Origin: Waterburya sp.
GTDB lineage: Bacteria; Cyanobacteriota; Cyanobacteriia; Cyanobacteriales; Xenococcaceae
Reading direction: 5' to 3'
Assembly (NCBI GenBank): GCA_965217895.1
Contig: CBDCJV010000002.1
Location: 1,632,001 to 1,696,000 of the forward strand
Length of the DNA: 64,000 nt
Under the pieces are notes generated by a model. It ran no database searches, had not been told where the DNA came from, and worked only from the letters and a program-made list of their open reading frames with translations. The stretch's first letter is position 1. Every line of letters begins with the position of its first letter. The position numbers and the translations under genes are program-made. This document shows, in pieces, positions 61,074 through 64,000 of the stretch.

Positions 61074-61470
61074 AGGGCTGTTTCATTCTCTAAAAAAGAA
61101 ATGCGATCGCGAATAAGTATATTTACTATTCCTATCAATGGCACAAAGAAAGTAATAATGGCAAATTATGGCTTAAATAACTGATTGCCTCGGTCATAGA
61201 ATCGAAACCATGAACTCTCAGTAGGTTAATAACCCAACTTTTAATCAAACAGATGTTTGTGGATGCTTTGCCGTGAAGTTGAGGGCTGTTATCATCTTGA
61301 GTTACGACATCCTTAAACGGCACTCAATACGGCGAACCTGCGTTGTCGTCCGTGCCTCCCCAATGAAGACGATTTTCAACAGCGTGATTGGACAAGCTGC
61401 TTGCGAAGCAGCGTCCCTCACGCTCAATATTGTCGGTACACCAAACAGCATTTTCTGAGCAAAAGAGCTT
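61074..61470 (-). mobile_element. ISAs1-family transposase 3' remnant with two palindromic mini-insertions
   Basis: End AGGGCTGTTTCATTC; VENRLHW..KDVV.QDD..INLLR.HGFDS once 61315-61359 and 61381-61424 are skipped. Confidence 0.85.
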
Positions 61471-61667
61471 TTATAAACTCTTTGAGCGACGGTCAATTGA
61501 ACTTGTCTCATGTATTTTTAGAAATAAAAAAATGTTGGTGATACAAGTAAGAATAGAATAGTTATTTAGTAAAACGAACTATCCATTAGTCTGATTTTAA
61601 AGTTAGAAAATCTTCTTTTATAAGCGATCAATAATCTTTCTTTCGGCTGTGGACAAACTGGAAATTT

Positions 61668-61925
61668 TTATATAATCACAATGCTTGATTTTTCCGATCT
61701 GAGTAATGATTTTGCTCTATCTATGCGACATTTAATTAAATATTGATAGGGTGTAATGCCTGTAGATCTTTTAAATGACCGACAGAAATAAAAGCGACTC
61801 ATACCTATTTCAGTTACGATCGCATTTAACGATAAATCTTCGGCTAAGTGAACCTGAATATAGTCAATGGCTCGCTGTAGTTTATCAGGAGATAGACCTT
61901 TAGAATACTCTTTAAAAAGTAGTTT
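61668..61925 (-). pseudogene. AraC-family regulator fragment
   Basis: Manual translation GLSPDKLQRAIDYIQVHLAEDLSL..MSRFYFCRSFK.STGITPYQYL. Confidence 0.85.
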
Positions 61926-61928
61926 CCT

Positions 61929-62312
61929 ACCCCATAAGATAAAAACAATCGTTGTAAGCCATTACATTGGCTTGTTGGCGAACGATATTATCGATCTGGG
62001 CGATCGCATTCAAACTAACAACAACTATCGCTATTTAGGGAAGTTTAACTCCTTTTAAAGGTTCGGCAGACAAGCCAGAAGTGTATTCAAATTCTTGTCC
62101 ATAAGCCTCTTCTCCATGTTCCGGTACGTCTAAACCCTGTTGTTCTATATCTTGTTTTACTCTCAAAGGCATAACTAATGCCAGAAGTTTTAGAATAATA
62201 AAAGAACCAGAACCTAATGCACTGCCTCCATTAAAGCCAAATCGCAGAGTAAAATGGCAAACCCCATAAGATAAAAACAATCGTTGTAAGCTATTACATT
62301 AGCTTGTTGGCG
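61929..62312 (-). repeat. Two 52-bp direct repeats (61929-61980, 62261-62312), each an MFS DHA2-like C-terminal fragment
   Basis: 2 mismatches; both translate RQQANV(M/I)AYNDCFYLMG. Confidence 0.8.
62035..62250 (-). pseudogene. amt: Ammonium transporter remnant with a large internal deletion
   Basis: FGFNGGSALGS joined directly to GSFIILK..LRV..E.QGLD.PEHGEEAY. Confidence 0.8.
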
Positions 62313-62373
62313 GACATTATCAACGGCGGCAATACTTTCGCAGCGCAGTGTTATGCTGTATGGTTAACGATCC

Positions 62374-63048
62374 TCAGAGTTTAACAGAGTATTCAATTCC
62401 ATCATCGATTGGGAGCGCAACTGAAATGAAGCCGTTATCGGGATTGCGGACGTAATCTAGATAGGGTTTCGTGTTCTCTAAAGTCAAGTTGATATCGTCT
62501 GCTAAAATGACAGCACCCGTCCGTAGATTTCCTAGTGTCAGGTGCAGAACGTCAAGATAAAGATCTTTCCAGCCATCTAAAAAGAGCAAATCGATCATCT
62601 TGTGAAGATTGCCTAGTGTTTGGAGGGCATCACCACCTCGGATTTCGACAAACTCGGATAATCCAGCATCTACAACATTTTGAGTAGCTTTAGCGACTTT
62701 ACTACTATCAAGTTCAGAACTGATGACCAATCCGCCGCCGTTGTCATGTAGAGCAGCGGCTAAGTAGATTGTCGAGATACCGAAAGAGGTGCCGAATTCG
62801 ACGATGTGTTTAGCTGAGATGGAGCGCGCGACACTGTAGAGAAATCTGCCATTATCCTTTGAAATTGGCAACAACGCATCACTTAGCATCGTTGCCTTTT
62901 GTTGAGGATGAACTGACTGCCAATCGGCACCGCTATCCAGAAATTGCTGAATAACAATATTATCATTAGTCTCGGCTAAAGTATGAAGCCGCTCAAGAAC
63001 AGCCCGTACTTCTGGAATTAATAGTTTTGTAGAAATTGAGTTTGCCAT
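62374..63048 (-). CDS. O-methyltransferase
   Basis: VEFGTSFGISTIYLAAA, LFLDGWKDLY, ILADD. Confidence 0.9.
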   Translation of the reverse strand: MANSISTKLLIPEVRAVLERLHTLAETNDNIVIQQFLDSGADWQSVHPQQKATMLSDALLPISKDNGRFLYSVARSISAKHIVEFGTSFGISTIYLAAALHDNGGGLVISSELDSSKVAKATQNVVDAGLSEFVEIRGGDALQTLGNLHKMIDLLFLDGWKDLYLDVLHLTLGNLRTGAVILADDINLTLENTKPYLDYVRNPDNGFISVALPIDDGIEYSVKL

Positions 63049-63073
63049 ATATCCTCCTAAATTTATTTTTTAG

Positions 63074-63460
63074 TTATTTGCTGGTAGAAATCTGTAATTG
63101 TTTGACTGTTTTGCCGTTGATAAAATGACTTTTGGAGATCGCCTTGACATCAGGACTAGTCAAATGACCGTATAAAATGCGATCGCGTAACAGGATCTTT
63201 TTTAGCTTGATTCGTAGTTTCGTTGGCAACCAGAATAATTGATTTCCTTTCGGATATACCATCGCTACTGGACCCGCTTGACAGTAATCTAAACATTTAG
63301 ATTGACTAACTTCTACGCGATCGCTTAGTCCCAAACGTTCAACCTCTTCTTGAAACGCTTGATGAATATCTAACGCACCTGCACTACAACAACAGCCTTT
63401 TAGGTTGTTGGCAGAACGTTTTTTGGTACAGACAAAGACACGGTATTGAAATGAATCCAT
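63074..63460 (-). CDS. Thioredoxin-like (2Fe-2S) ferredoxin
   Basis: VFVCTK.R..GCC..CLDYCQAGPVAMVYP..YG. Confidence 0.85.
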   Translation of the reverse strand: MDSFQYRVFVCTKKRSANNLKGCCCSAGALDIHQAFQEEVERLGLSDRVEVSQSKCLDYCQAGPVAMVYPKGNQLFWLPTKLRIKLKKILLRDRILYGHLTSPDVKAISKSHFINGKTVKQLQISTSK

Positions 63461-63474
63461 AACTCTTTGCTAAA

Positions 63475-63513
63475 ATGTGAGTAATTACTTACATGATATG
63501 AGTAATTACTCGC
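63475..63513. promoter_or_regulatory. Two palindromic TetR operators
   Basis: ATGTGAGTAA-TTACTTACAT and GAGTAATTACTC between the divergent genes. Confidence 0.75.
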
Positions 63514-63545
63514 GTTAACAACTCGCTTTTGACGAAGCTCATTCT

Positions 63546-64000
63546 ATGTGTCCTAAAAGTACGCCAGAACCCCGTAAACTACCGCAACAAGATCGTTCCC
63601 GCGTGACGGTAGAAGCGATTTTAGAAGCAACTGCTCGCATTTTGACGGAAAAAGGCTATAGCAAAACTAACACCAACCATATTGCAGAGTTAGCAGGTGT
63701 TAGTATTGGCTCGCTATATCAGTACTTTCCTAACAAAGAATCATTGATGGCTGCTCTAATTCAACAGCATTCCGATGAAATGGTGGAGTTAGTAGAATCA
63801 AAACTAAATAATTCATTTGATACTCCCTTAGAAGAAGCCATTCCTCAACTAGTCCGCGCTGTAATTGCTGCTCATGCTATTAATCCCAGATTGCATCAGG
63901 TATTGAACGAAGAAGTACCGCTATCGCGAGAATTAGATCCTGCTGGAAAAATTGACGATCGCATTAATCAAATATTGCTGAAATATTTAGAAATTTGGCG
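63546..64000 (+). CDS. TetR/AcrR-family regulator (runs off the window)
   Basis: Manual translation PRKLPQQDRSRVTVEAILEA..IAELAGVSIGSLYQYFPNKE. Confidence 0.92.
   Translation, partial: MCPKSTPEPRKLPQQDRSRVTVEAILEATARILTEKGYSKTNTNHIAELAGVSIGSLYQYFPNKESLMAALIQQHSDEMVELVESKLNNSFDTPLEEAIPQLVRAVIAAHAINPRLHQVLNEEVPLSRELDPAGKIDDRINQILLKYLEIW

Larger units (their letters stand above)
1..64000. repeat. HIP1 octamer GCGATCGC dispersed throughout the window
   Basis: Many occurrences in genes and spacers (e.g. 190, 801, 825, 17415); a cyanobacterial hallmark. Not counted exactly. Confidence 0.95.

Noticed and set aside
237..61511. Many short ORF-track entries antisense to or overlapping real genes (e.g. 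237-431, 4900-5109, 5710-6129, 38967-39272, 57363-57684, 61302-61511)
   Set aside because: Shadow ORFs of well-supported genes or of palindromic inserts.

Overview
AT-rich cyanobacterial chromosomal DNA (frequent HIP1 octamer GCGATCGC, an hli gene, NtcA boxes, a ycf46/ycf35 operon; Pleurocapsales-like is only my inference). Housekeeping blocks (grxC, mutS2, hli, rlmD, tilS; tpiA, fbaB, dacB, ycf46 operon, proB, trehalase) alternate with two heavily eroded accessory regions (about 13-40 kb and 59.5-62.3 kb). These are mosaics of truncated and fused gene fragments, ISKra4 and ISAs1 remnants, an integrase remnant and toxin-antitoxin modules. I found no rRNA, tRNA or CRISPR array. Most notable: (1) a ~620-nt, multi-stem segment with no credible ORF (40237-40862, minus strand), bounded by a -10 box and an intrinsic terminator directly downstream of an XRE-HTH gene, a candidate unrecognised large ncRNA; (2) a family of nested-palindrome mini-insertions, several in frame within proteins; (3) a three-module protein split at an A11 run and ending in an SSB-tail-like DWDEIPF; (4) unusual fusions (NIF phosphatase-PAS-PAS-histidine kinase; pseudo-receiver-TM-BON); (5) an orphan array of four 25-bp GATATC-N13-GATATC boxes. 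All calls come from reading the sequence by eye; no database searches were run.
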